Assembly (NCBI GenBank): GCA_039584815.1
Contig: JBDGXC010000005.1
Coordinates: forward strand, 30,633-94,632
Reading direction: 5' to 3'
Length of the DNA: 64,000 nucleotides
DNA from: Gemmatimonadota bacterium
Lineage (GTDB): Bacteria > Gemmatimonadota > Gemmatimonadetes > Palauibacterales > Palauibacteraceae
This document shows positions 33,463-42,261 of the stretch, piece after piece. Each line of letters starts with the position of its first letter. Within the stretch, counting starts at the first letter, position 1. Below the pieces are notes generated by a model, which made no database searches, was not told where the DNA came from, and was given only the letters and a program-made list of their open reading frames with translations. Both the position numbers and the translations under genes were made by a program.

Positions 33463-35934
33463 ATGGAGAGGCGAACGATGAGAGGAATCCTGGAGCGAAC
33501 GCGGCGACGAATCGTCGGAGCGAGAGCGCCGGAGGGGCGCAGGGCAGGGAACGCGACACGGACGCCGGCCGTCCGTCCGGAGCCGGGGGCCCGCTGGGCC
33601 GCCTGGGTCCTGCGATGGCGCTGGCCCGTGCTGGCCGCGTCGCTCGCGGCGACGATCGGGATGGGCTACGGGGCCGGGAGCCTGCGCTTCGGCAACAATT
33701 ACCGCCTGTTCTTCGGAGACGACAACCCACAGGTCGCGGCGTTCGACGCGCTCGAACGGATCTACACCAAGAACGACAACGTCCTGTTCGTGGTCGAGGC
33801 GCCGTCTGGAGACGCGTTCAGCGAGCTTGCTCTCGGCGCGGCGCTCGACCTGGAGGATCGCGCCTGGCAACTGCCATTCGCCGCCCGCGTCGAGGGAATC
33901 ACCAACTTCCAGCACACCGAGGCCTACGGGGACGACCTTCTGGTCGAGGATCTCCTGCCGGCCGGTGCCTCAGCGGATCCCGCGGCCCGTGAAAAAGCTC
34001 GCGGAGTGGCCCTCGACGATCCCCTGGTCGTCCATCGTCTGGCCGGGGCCGAGGGCCGGGCCACCGGCGTCAACGTCACGGTGTTCCTGCCGGACGACTC
34101 CGATGATCCCGAGGCGCGTCCCGCCCTGGTCGACGCGGCGCGCGCGCTGGCCGCGGACATCGAGGCCCGGCATCCCGGCATCGACGTGCGGCTCACGGGG
34201 ATGGTGATGCTGAACAACGCCTTCTTCGAGGCGAGCCAGAACGACATGCAGACACTGGTACCATTGATGTACCTCGGGATCATCGTCCTCCTGTATCTCC
34301 TGCTCCGGTCGGTGGTCGGTGTGATCGGCACCCTGTCCGTCATCGGCCTGGCCACGATCAGCGCCATGGGGCTGGCGGGCTGGGCCGGGATCGTCCTGAC
34401 TCCACCGTCTGCCACGGCTCCGACCCTGATCTTGACGCTCGCCGTCGCGGACTGTGTTCACATCCTCGTCACGCTGCTTCAGCGGATGCGAGCGGGCGAC
34501 GAGAAGTCGGCCGCGATCGTCGAGAGCCTTCGGGTGAACCTGGGACCGGTGTTTCTCACCAGCCTTACCACGGCGATCGGCTTCCTGAGCATGAACTTCA
34601 GCGATTCGCCCCCGTTCCGGGACCTCGGAAACATGACTGCCCTGGGAGTGGGGCTGGCCTTCCTGTTCGCCGTTGTCTTCCTTCCGGCTCTGGTCGGCGT
34701 GCTCCCGTTGCGCGTGAGGGCCCGCTCCGAGGCCCGCACGAGTCGGTTCGCGAGGCTTCGCTGGGAAGAGCCTCTTGCCGAGTTCGTGCTCCGGAACCGC
34801 CGGCCCTTGCTCGGCGGGACGGCCGCTCTGGCACTGGGCCTCGCCGCCATCGTCCCGATGAACGATCTGAACGATCAGTTCGTCCGCTACTTCGATCACT
34901 CGGTCCAGTTCCGAGCGGACTCGGACTACGCGATGGACAACCTCACAGGACTGTATACGGTCGAGTTTTCCGTAGAGTCGGGGCAGACCGGTGGGATCAG
35001 CGAGCCCGCCTATCTGGCAACCCTCGACTCGTTTGCGGAGTGGTACCGGGGTCAGCCCGGCGTGCTGCATGTCCTGTCCTTCGCGGACATCATGAAGCGC
35101 CTCAACCGGAACATGCACGGCGACGACCCGGCCACGTATCACCTGCCGGAGACGCGCGACCTCGCTGCGCAATACCTGCTGCTGTACGAGATGTCGCTGC
35201 CGTTCGGGCAGGACCTGAACAACCAGATCAACGTCGACAAGTCGTCCACGCGGTTCATCGTGACACTCGACGACCTGTCATCGCACGAGATCCGGGAGAC
35301 CGCCGCGGCAGGCGAGCGCTGGCTGGCCGCGCACGGAGCGTCGGGAATGGTTGCCACCGCGTCGGGACCAAGCCTCATGTTCGCGCACATCTCCGGACGC
35401 AACATTCGCGGCATGCTGATGGGCACGGCCCTCGCGCTGGTCCTGGTGTCGGCCTGCCTGGTGATCGCGTTCCGCAGCGTCGGGTACGGCGCCCTGAGCC
35501 TCATTCCGAACCTGGCACCGGCCCTGCTCGCATTCGGTGCCTGGGGGATCCTCGTCGGCCAGATCAACATCGCTCTGTCCACCGTGGCCGCGATGACCAT
35601 CGGAATCGTGGTCGACGACACGATCCACTTCCTGAGCAAGTACCTGCGCGCGCGCCGGGAGCACGGACACGGGGCCGAGGACGCGCTGCGTTACGCGTTC
35701 CGCAACGTGGGGCCGGCCATGGTCTTCACCTCGCTCGTGCTCGCGGGTGGCTTCCTGATCCTGTCGCTCTCGGCGTTCGACCTGAACGCCGGGATGGGCA
35801 AGCTGACGGCCATCACGATCGGCTTCGCCCTGTTTACCGATTTTCTGATGCTGGGGCCGCTCCTGGTTCTCGTCGCAGAGGCCCGAGCGAAGCGGCTCGC
35901 GCCGCGGCCACGCCTCGCGCTGAGCCGGAAATGA
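33463..35934 (+). CDS. RND-superfamily exporter of the MMPL/HpnN-like type
   Basis: 823 aa (alternative ATG 33478). Two repeats of a soluble loop plus 5-6 TM block. Typical MMPL segments such as LRSVVGVIGTLSVIGLATISAMGLAG and DDTIHFLSKY. Confidence 0.85.
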   Translation: MERRTMRGILERTRRRIVGARAPEGRRAGNATRTPAVRPEPGARWAAWVLRWRWPVLAASLAATIGMGYGAGSLRFGNNYRLFFGDDNPQVAAFDALERIYTKNDNVLFVVEAPSGDAFSELALGAALDLEDRAWQLPFAARVEGITNFQHTEAYGDDLLVEDLLPAGASADPAAREKARGVALDDPLVVHRLAGAEGRATGVNVTVFLPDDSDDPEARPALVDAARALAADIEARHPGIDVRLTGMVMLNNAFFEASQNDMQTLVPLMYLGIIVLLYLLLRSVVGVIGTLSVIGLATISAMGLAGWAGIVLTPPSATAPTLILTLAVADCVHILVTLLQRMRAGDEKSAAIVESLRVNLGPVFLTSLTTAIGFLSMNFSDSPPFRDLGNMTALGVGLAFLFAVVFLPALVGVLPLRVRARSEARTSRFARLRWEEPLAEFVLRNRRPLLGGTAALALGLAAIVPMNDLNDQFVRYFDHSVQFRADSDYAMDNLTGLYTVEFSVESGQTGGISEPAYLATLDSFAEWYRGQPGVLHVLSFADIMKRLNRNMHGDDPATYHLPETRDLAAQYLLLYEMSLPFGQDLNNQINVDKSSTRFIVTLDDLSSHEIRETAAAGERWLAAHGASGMVATASGPSLMFAHISGRNIRGMLMGTALALVLVSACLVIAFRSVGYGALSLIPNLAPALLAFGAWGILVGQINIALSTVAAMTIGIVVDDTIHFLSKYLRARREHGHGAEDALRYAFRNVGPAMVFTSLVLAGGFLILSLSAFDLNAGMGKLTAITIGFALFTDFLMLGPLLVLVAEARAKRLAPRPRLALSRK

Positions 35935-36007
35935 GCGACCAGCTGGCGGGCACCGCGAACGAGACCCGAGACGACCGAATCGCACCGATAAAGAAGAGGA
36001 GTCGACG

Positions 36008-36862
36008 ATGATCGAGCACCGAAGGAACGACCCGTGGATACCCTTGCTGACCGTCCTGTGGATCCTCGGCGGCCCGGCCCCGGCCATTGCCCAGGCCCTG
36101 GCCGAGGACGCAGCGGGCGACGCCCCGACCGCCGGGTCTCCGAGCCCGGATCAGCGGGGCCTGGAGATTGCCCGCGAATGGGAGCGCCGGGACGCCGGGT
36201 TCGGCGACTGGACGGCCGAGCTCACGATGACTCTGCGGAACCGTCACGGCCAGGAGAGCTCCCGCGAGATGCGCACCCGCACGCTCGAGGTGGAGGAAGA
36301 CGGCGACAAGTCGCTCGTGATCTTCGATCGGCCACGGGACGTCCAGGGTACGGCCTTCCTCACGTTCAGCCACGCAACGGGGAGTGACGACCAATGGCTC
36401 TACCTGCCGGCGCTGAAGCGGGTCAAGCGGATCGCGACCAACAACAAGTCGGGTCCGTTCATGGGGAGCGAGTTCTCCTACGAGGACATCTCCTCGCAGG
36501 AAGTGGAGGAGTACGCGTATCGCTACCTCGGCGACGAGGCCCTGGAGGGCGTGCAGACGCACGTTGTCGAGCAGGTGCCCGTGGACCGGAACTCCGGCTA
36601 CTCGAAGCTCCTGACGTGGCGCGACACAGAGCACCTGCGGACGCTGAAGGTCTACTTCTACGACCGTAAGGGCGAGCTCTTGAAGACCCTCACGTACGAA
36701 GACTACCGCCGGTACCTCGACCGCTTCTGGCGAGCAGACGTGATGAGGATGGTCAACCACCAGACCGGCAAGAGCACCGACCTGGAGTGGCGCGGCTACG
36801 AGTTTCAGTCCGGCCTCACGGATCGGGACTTCGACAGGAACAGCCTTAAGAGGGTGCGGTGA
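36008..36862 (+). CDS. LolA-like outer-membrane lipoprotein-sorting family protein
   Basis: Signal peptide. DQWLYLPALKRVKRI and GPFMGSEFSYEDI segments that I associate with the LolA_like family often found next to MMPL exporters. Confidence 0.75.
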   Translation: MIEHRRNDPWIPLLTVLWILGGPAPAIAQALAEDAAGDAPTAGSPSPDQRGLEIAREWERRDAGFGDWTAELTMTLRNRHGQESSREMRTRTLEVEEDGDKSLVIFDRPRDVQGTAFLTFSHATGSDDQWLYLPALKRVKRIATNNKSGPFMGSEFSYEDISSQEVEEYAYRYLGDEALEGVQTHVVEQVPVDRNSGYSKLLTWRDTEHLRTLKVYFYDRKGELLKTLTYEDYRRYLDRFWRADVMRMVNHQTGKSTDLEWRGYEFQSGLTDRDFDRNSLKRVR

Positions 36863-38133
36863 TTCCGATGCAGGGATTCCGCCTGAGGACGTCCACGCGA
36901 CGCCGACTCCGGCGCTCGGGGATCGCGGTGACGGCTTCGTGGATGGTTGTCGCCATCGGGACGGGCGCCGCCGTCGCGCAGCCGGTACCGGGCGACCTGT
37001 CGGCCCGATTCGAGCTCGAGGGCCGGTTCTTCCCCCAGGTTCCCGTCGATCCGCGACAGACGGCGAACAACGGCTCGTTCGCGATCGGTCCGCGGTGGGA
37101 GCTCGACTGGAACCGCGGCCGCCAGGGCCTGAGCTTCGAGGGGTTCCTGCGCGTCGATTCCTCGGATCCGGCGCGGACACACGCCGACATCCGCTCCCTG
37201 AGCTGGGAGTATGCCGCGGACGCATGGGAGCTACGGGCCGGCATCCGGCGTGTGTTCTGGGGCGTGACGGAGTCCCGACACGTGGTGGACATCATCAACC
37301 AGACGGATCTCGTCGAGAGCCCGGACGGCGAGGACAAGCTCGGCCAGCCGATGATCAACCTGGCCTGGATCCGGGACTGGGGCACCGTGGACGCGTTCGT
37401 GATGCCCTTCCTCCGTGAGCGAACGTTCCCGGGCGCGGACGGAAGGCTGCGCTCCGCCCCCGTCGTGAACACGGACCAGCCGGTCTATCCGGACGGGGAC
37501 GAGCGGATCGATCTCGCCGTGCGCTGGGCGCACACGCTGGGCGACTTCGACGTGGGCCTGTCCCACTACTACGGTCTGAGCCGTGACCCCCGATTCCTGC
37601 TGGCCGTGCCAGCGGGCCCGGGCTCGGCCGGGGAGCCTGACATCCCGGTCTTGCTGCCCGTGTACGACGTGATCAACCAGACGGGGCTCGACGCGCAGAT
37701 GACGCGCGGCGGTTGGCTGTGGAAGTTCGAGGGAATGGTCCGCTCGGGTCAGGGACCAGCGTTCGGCGCGGCTACCGGTGGCTTCGAGTACACGTTCGGC
37801 GGGTTCGCGGGTGGCGCCGCGGACCTCGGCGTGCTCCTCGAGTATACGTACGATTCACGCGGCCAGCAGGCGACTTCCCTGCTACAGAGCGACCTGTTCG
37901 TCGGCGGACGACTCGCCCTGAACGACGTGCACAGCTCCAGCGTTCTCGCCGGCGGTGCCCTCGATCTGCAAACGGGATCGGTGTTCTTCAGCCTCGAAGC
38001 GGATCGGCGCCTGTCTGACGGGTGGGTGATCGAGATCGAGGCACGGGCGTTCGGCAACGCGAGTCTGCGGGAGCCCCTGTGGTCTCTGAGGCGCGACGAC
38101 TATGTGCGACTTGCCGTGGTGCGGTACCTGTAA
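36859..38133 (+). CDS. probable outer-membrane beta-barrel protein, function unknown
   Basis: GTG overlaps the upstream stop (GTGA). Signal-like N-terminus, alternating hydrophobic/polar strands rich in G/Y/F/W/D throughout. No family recognised. Confidence 0.55.
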   Translation: MIPMQGFRLRTSTRRRLRRSGIAVTASWMVVAIGTGAAVAQPVPGDLSARFELEGRFFPQVPVDPRQTANNGSFAIGPRWELDWNRGRQGLSFEGFLRVDSSDPARTHADIRSLSWEYAADAWELRAGIRRVFWGVTESRHVVDIINQTDLVESPDGEDKLGQPMINLAWIRDWGTVDAFVMPFLRERTFPGADGRLRSAPVVNTDQPVYPDGDERIDLAVRWAHTLGDFDVGLSHYYGLSRDPRFLLAVPAGPGSAGEPDIPVLLPVYDVINQTGLDAQMTRGGWLWKFEGMVRSGQGPAFGAATGGFEYTFGGFAGGAADLGVLLEYTYDSRGQQATSLLQSDLFVGGRLALNDVHSSSVLAGGALDLQTGSVFFSLEADRRLSDGWVIEIEARAFGNASLREPLWSLRRDDYVRLAVVRYL

Positions 38134-38250
38134 ACCGGTCGAGGAGGGAACCCCGGAACGACTGCGCCAGGGCCGTGTAGTGCCATCTGCCGGCCAGAGG
38201 TGCCTGGTGCCCGGGCCACGGGCGCCGGCAGGGACGGCAGGAGGTGGAAC

Positions 38251-40191
38251 ATGCGTACGTTACGGACGGACCGTTGGATCGAGGTCGGCCTGACCGGCCT
38301 TCTCACCCTCCTGCTCACGCCCGCCATCTGTAGGTCGCAGGAAGCTCCCCCGTCCAGCTCGGAATCCAGCTACGGCTATGTGAGCACGTCGGAAGGCGGC
38401 GTGACGCTCGTCGAGTCCGATACGGGCGAGTCCGTACCTGTCGAGGGTACCGAGGCCGTGCTCGCCGGAGATGAACTGCGACTCTCGGGAGGTGCCCACG
38501 CAGAGGTTCAGCTCGCCGATCGCAACCTGTTGCGGCTGGCCGAACGGGCCGAGCTGGCGTTCATGACCCTGGCCGGCTCGCCGGACCGCAGCGACGCCGT
38601 CACGGCACTGCGCCTCGGACGTGGCGCCCTGCAGATCGTGGTGGCCGATGACTATCTGGGGGAGACGCCTCCCGCGGTAGAGACCTCAAACGCGTACGTC
38701 GAGCTACGAGGACCCGGGTCGTACGTCGTCGACTCTCAGGGCGCCGAGCGGACGCTGGTGGTGGTGCGTCGCGGTGGCGCGCGGGTCCGGGCGGGCACGG
38801 CGATCACGACCCTGCGCGCCGGCGAAGAAGCGGTGGTCGAGGGGCATGACGGCACGCGCGTGCGCCTGGCGGCCGCCCGAGGACCGGTGGCGGTCGAGCG
38901 CTGGGGTGACGCGCTGACCGCGACCTACGCCGGCGCCACCGAGGTATATGTCGACGAGTCGATCCGCTATGCGGCAGCGCCCCTGCGCGCGCACGGGGAT
39001 TGGGTGTACGTGCGAGGATCGCGCGCCTGGCGCCCACACGTGAAGCACGACTGGCGACCGTATTCGCGCGGACGATGGCGTCACACTCCGACCGGCCTTC
39101 TCTGGGTGTCGTACGAGCCCTGGGGCTGGGTACCGCACCACTACGGGAACTGGGACCTGGTACCCGGTTTCGGCTGGGTGTGGTTCCCCGGGCGGCGTTT
39201 CGCCTCGGCCTGGGTGTTCTGGTACTGGGGTCCGAAGTACGTAGGCTGGGTGCCGTGGGGCTACTACTCGAACCACTACCGGAGTCGCTTCAGACTCTCG
39301 TTCGCCGTATACGGGCGGGCGGGCGGCCTGGCCATCCACTTCGGCGACTGGTGCTTCACGCCCGTGAACAGGTTCGGCCGCCGGCACCAGCACAGGTACA
39401 TCAGGTCCGGGCGGGACCTGGGCCGCGAGCGTGAGCGCATCGCGCAGGGCGTCATCACGTCCGATACGCGCAGGCTCACACCGGGTCACTGGACCTCGCC
39501 GGATCGAGTCAACCGTCTGCTGACGCATGACGGAAAAGGCAACAGGGCCGAGCTCGAAGACGTGAGCCCGTTCATCTACCGGGAGCGGGCCATCAAGATC
39601 GAAGACGACTGGCAACCGCCCATGAACGCGGCTGAAAGCAACCGGACGCGACCCTCGATCGATCCGGTGCGCACGACGCGGACGGTCGCGCTGGCGCCGG
39701 AGAGGCGAGACCCCGCGACGCGGGAGAAGGCGCGGCAGGAGGTGAAGCGCCGGCCCTCGATCGACCCGGTCCGCACGACGCGGACGGTCGCGCTGGCGCC
39801 GGAGAGGCGAGACCCCGCGACGCGGGAGAAGGCGCGACAGGAGGTGAGGCGCCGGCCTTCGATCGACCCGGTGCGCACGACGCGGACAGTGGCTCCGAAG
39901 AGCAAACCCGAGACCCGTGAAAGGGTGCGCGTCGAGGCGCGGACACCGACGCCGCGCTCAACCGCGAAGACACCGGAACGATCGAAGCAGAGCCGGCCGA
40001 GCGTCGGAGAACGAACGAAGACACCGACACGAGCGACCCGGCCGGAATCGGTCAGACGCACGAAACCGGCGGTCTCCTCGGCGCCGAAGCGGACGAGCGC
40101 CGCGAAGTCAGCGGCGTCCCGTGCGTCTCCCGCGCGCAACACGTCACGCGGTGCCTCCCGGCCGAAGCCGACCAAGTCGAGGCCAAACTGA
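38251..40191 (+). CDS. secreted FecR-like protein with Trp/Gly/Tyr-rich central region and basic repeat-containing tail
   Basis: GGAGGTGG upstream of ATG 38251. FecR-like segment (GDELRLSGGAHAEVQLADRNLLRL). W-rich block WGWVPHHYGNWDLVPGFGWVWFPG (DUF6600-type from memory, uncertain). C-terminal Arg/Pro/Thr/Ser-rich disordered tail. Confidence 0.7.
   Translation: MRTLRTDRWIEVGLTGLLTLLLTPAICRSQEAPPSSSESSYGYVSTSEGGVTLVESDTGESVPVEGTEAVLAGDELRLSGGAHAEVQLADRNLLRLAERAELAFMTLAGSPDRSDAVTALRLGRGALQIVVADDYLGETPPAVETSNAYVELRGPGSYVVDSQGAERTLVVVRRGGARVRAGTAITTLRAGEEAVVEGHDGTRVRLAAARGPVAVERWGDALTATYAGATEVYVDESIRYAAAPLRAHGDWVYVRGSRAWRPHVKHDWRPYSRGRWRHTPTGLLWVSYEPWGWVPHHYGNWDLVPGFGWVWFPGRRFASAWVFWYWGPKYVGWVPWGYYSNHYRSRFRLSFAVYGRAGGLAIHFGDWCFTPVNRFGRRHQHRYIRSGRDLGRERERIAQGVITSDTRRLTPGHWTSPDRVNRLLTHDGKGNRAELEDVSPFIYRERAIKIEDDWQPPMNAAESNRTRPSIDPVRTTRTVALAPERRDPATREKARQEVKRRPSIDPVRTTRTVALAPERRDPATREKARQEVRRRPSIDPVRTTRTVAPKSKPETRERVRVEARTPTPRSTAKTPERSKQSRPSVGERTKTPTRATRPESVRRTKPAVSSAPKRTSAAKSAASRASPARNTSRGASRPKPTKSRPN
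39649..39893 (+). repeat. in-frame 102-bp tandem repeat, 2.4 copies
   Basis: Copies at 39649..39750 and 39751..39852 differ at 5 of 102 nt. A third partial copy of about 41 nt follows. Each encodes RPSIDPVRTTRTVALAPERRDPATREKARQEVK/RR. Confidence 0.9.
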
Positions 40192-40275
40192 GCTCGGATC
40201 GCCTCCGTGCCGGCGGCGTCGGGCGAAAGCCACCCGGCGCTTGTCGGTGTCGGAGGGGGCCGCGAAGTTGCTTGC

Positions 40276-41229
40276 ATGGTTTTCGAGATCCGCCCCCAGC
40301 CCGAATTCTCGTGGTCGCAGAGCCGGCGCTCCACGTTTCGGGAATGCCCCCGCAAGTACTACTGGCACTACTACGGCTCCCATAACGGCTGGCTCGACGA
40401 ATCTCCCGCCGAGGCGAAGCGAGCCTGGCGGCTGAAGAAGATCACCAACCTGCACATGACTCTCGGCAACATCGTCCACGAACTGGCCGCCGAGGCCCTG
40501 GTGCAGGTGCGAGGGGGAGGCGCGGCTCCCGTGGCGGCGGATCTGATTCAGACAGGCCGTGATCGCCTGAACAAGGCCTGGGTGATGTCGCAGAGGCGAG
40601 CGGAATGGGAACGGCGCCCCGGTTCCGTCACCATGCTGATGGAGTTCCATCGCGGCTCGGGCCCGTCGCGCGACCAGATCGAGTCCGTCCGCGATAAACT
40701 GCACGCCTGCCTGCGGCATCTGCTCACGTCCGAGAGTTTCCGGGAGGCCGCGCAGGCTCCGATGGTCGAATTGAAGGAGGTCGACCGGCTGGACTTCGTC
40801 GAGATCGACGATATCAAGGTATACGCGCAGCCGGACCTCCTGTACCGGCTTGGTGACGCCTGGCGCATCGTGGACTGGAAGACGGGAGGACGCCACGCCT
40901 CGCACGCCCCGCAGCTTCGCACCTACGCCGTCTACCTGCAGGCACGGAGCGATCTTCCCCCGGGCCCCGTCATCGGGCGCCTCGAGTACCTGGCCGCCGG
41001 CGAGGCGACGAGTGTTCCGATCTCCGATCGCGACTGCACGGAGGAGCGGCAACGCGTCCGGGACAGCGTGATCGCCATGCGCGCGTACCTGGTCGATCCC
41101 GTTCGGAACGAGGCCATGCCGCGGGATCGCTTCCCGTTGGTCGAGGACACGCGGCACTGTCCGCGCTGTCCGTTCTTCGAGCTGTGCGAGGACGAGCTGG
41201 AGGATCGGGGGGTCGCCGGTCCGTTCTAG
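40276..41229 (+). CDS. PD-(D/E)XK nuclease with Cas4/AddB-type four-Cys cluster
   Basis: N-terminal FRECPRKYYW, GNIVHE, QPDLLYR...WRIVDWKTG (D..D/ExK), QLRTYAVY, C-terminal CPRCPFFELC (CX2CX5C). Confidence 0.8.
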   Translation: MVFEIRPQPEFSWSQSRRSTFRECPRKYYWHYYGSHNGWLDESPAEAKRAWRLKKITNLHMTLGNIVHELAAEALVQVRGGGAAPVAADLIQTGRDRLNKAWVMSQRRAEWERRPGSVTMLMEFHRGSGPSRDQIESVRDKLHACLRHLLTSESFREAAQAPMVELKEVDRLDFVEIDDIKVYAQPDLLYRLGDAWRIVDWKTGGRHASHAPQLRTYAVYLQARSDLPPGPVIGRLEYLAAGEATSVPISDRDCTEERQRVRDSVIAMRAYLVDPVRNEAMPRDRFPLVEDTRHCPRCPFFELCEDELEDRGVAGPF

Positions 41230-41359
41230 CGATGGCCCCCGCACGCCGGCCCCGAGCCGGAGGTGCATCCAGTGCAGGATTCGGGTATTGTAGAGTACAT
41301 TCCAGCCCCCCCCGGCTCTGGCTCAGCCGCCGTTCCGCTGATCTGAAATGGAGGTCCGC

Positions 41360-42136
41360 ATGAAGCGATGGATGATGGTTCCTCTCGCCGTTCTGATGCT
41401 GTGTCCGGCAGTCGCCCGGGCCCAGGAAACCGACGACTCTCCCACCTGGTGGGCCGTGTTCTCCGAGCAGGTCGAGCCCGCCATGGTCGAGGCATTCGAG
41501 GCGGCCAGCGCCGAGATGATGGAAGTCATCCGGGCCAACGCGCCGGAGGGCATGACGTATTTCACGCTATCCGGACCGGAAGTCGGCTACATGTACGCGG
41601 TTCCGCTGGAGAGCTACGAGCAGCTCATGGAAGTCGGTGCGGAGTGGGAGGGGATGGTCGAGCAGGTCGGCCGAGACAAGTGGATGGAGATGGACGCCAA
41701 GGGCTCCAAGGCCGTCACGCACCGCAAGATGGCCCTGTACATCGAGCGCATGGATCTCTCGTTCGTGCCGGAATCGCCTCGCCTCACGGCGGAGGAGGCC
41801 CCGATGCGGCACTACGACTACGCGTATCCGGTGCCCGGCAAGGAGCAGGAGCTGGAGGCCGTGATGCACGAGTGGGTAGACCTGTACACCTCGCACGGCG
41901 CCGACTCGGGTTGGATGGTGTACCAGGCGTTCACTGGCGAGGACCTTCCGTTATACGTGATCGCCACCCTGGCGATGGACCGCGGCGACTACGAGTCCGA
42001 CGGTGATCGCCTGGACGAGATGATGGGCGAAGCGGACAACGCCCTGTGGGATAAGACGCGCAGCCTGTTGCGAAAATTCGATCACAACGACGCGTGGATG
42101 CGTCCGGAGCTGTCGCTGATGCCCGAAGGGATGTAA
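41360..42136 (+). CDS. secreted hypothetical protein with internal duplication
   Basis: GGAGG 4 nt upstream of ATG 41360. Signal peptide ending AVARAQE. Two halves of about 110 aa ending LSFVPE and LSLMPE. Confidence 0.65.
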   Translation: MKRWMMVPLAVLMLCPAVARAQETDDSPTWWAVFSEQVEPAMVEAFEAASAEMMEVIRANAPEGMTYFTLSGPEVGYMYAVPLESYEQLMEVGAEWEGMVEQVGRDKWMEMDAKGSKAVTHRKMALYIERMDLSFVPESPRLTAEEAPMRHYDYAYPVPGKEQELEAVMHEWVDLYTSHGADSGWMVYQAFTGEDLPLYVIATLAMDRGDYESDGDRLDEMMGEADNALWDKTRSLLRKFDHNDAWMRPELSLMPEGM

Positions 42137-42174
42137 CGACCGAGTGTCGGCTCCGGTTCTCGGCGGATCCGAAG

Positions 42175-42212
42175 GAAGCCCGCGGTCGCAGAGCCAGTCG
42201 GCCGCGGGCTTC
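42175..42212. terminator. hairpin between convergent genes (possible bidirectional terminator)
   Basis: GAAGCCCGCGG (42175..42185) and CCGCGGGCTTC (42202..42212) form an 11-bp stem. No clear U tract. Confidence 0.4.
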
Positions 42213-42261
42213 GTGCGTCGGTAGCGATCGCGCCGTGCGGACCGCTCTTCAAGGCCGCCCC

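Noticed and set aside
35834-37225. 463-aa minus-strand ORF
   Set aside because: Antisense to the MMPL 3' end, the LolA-like gene and the barrel gene. Low-complexity Arg/Pro/Gly-rich translation.
39649-39893. Tandem repeats considered as a possible CRISPR-like array
   Set aside because: The repeats are directly adjacent, with a 102-bp period and no spacers. They are in frame within a coding region, and no cas genes are present.
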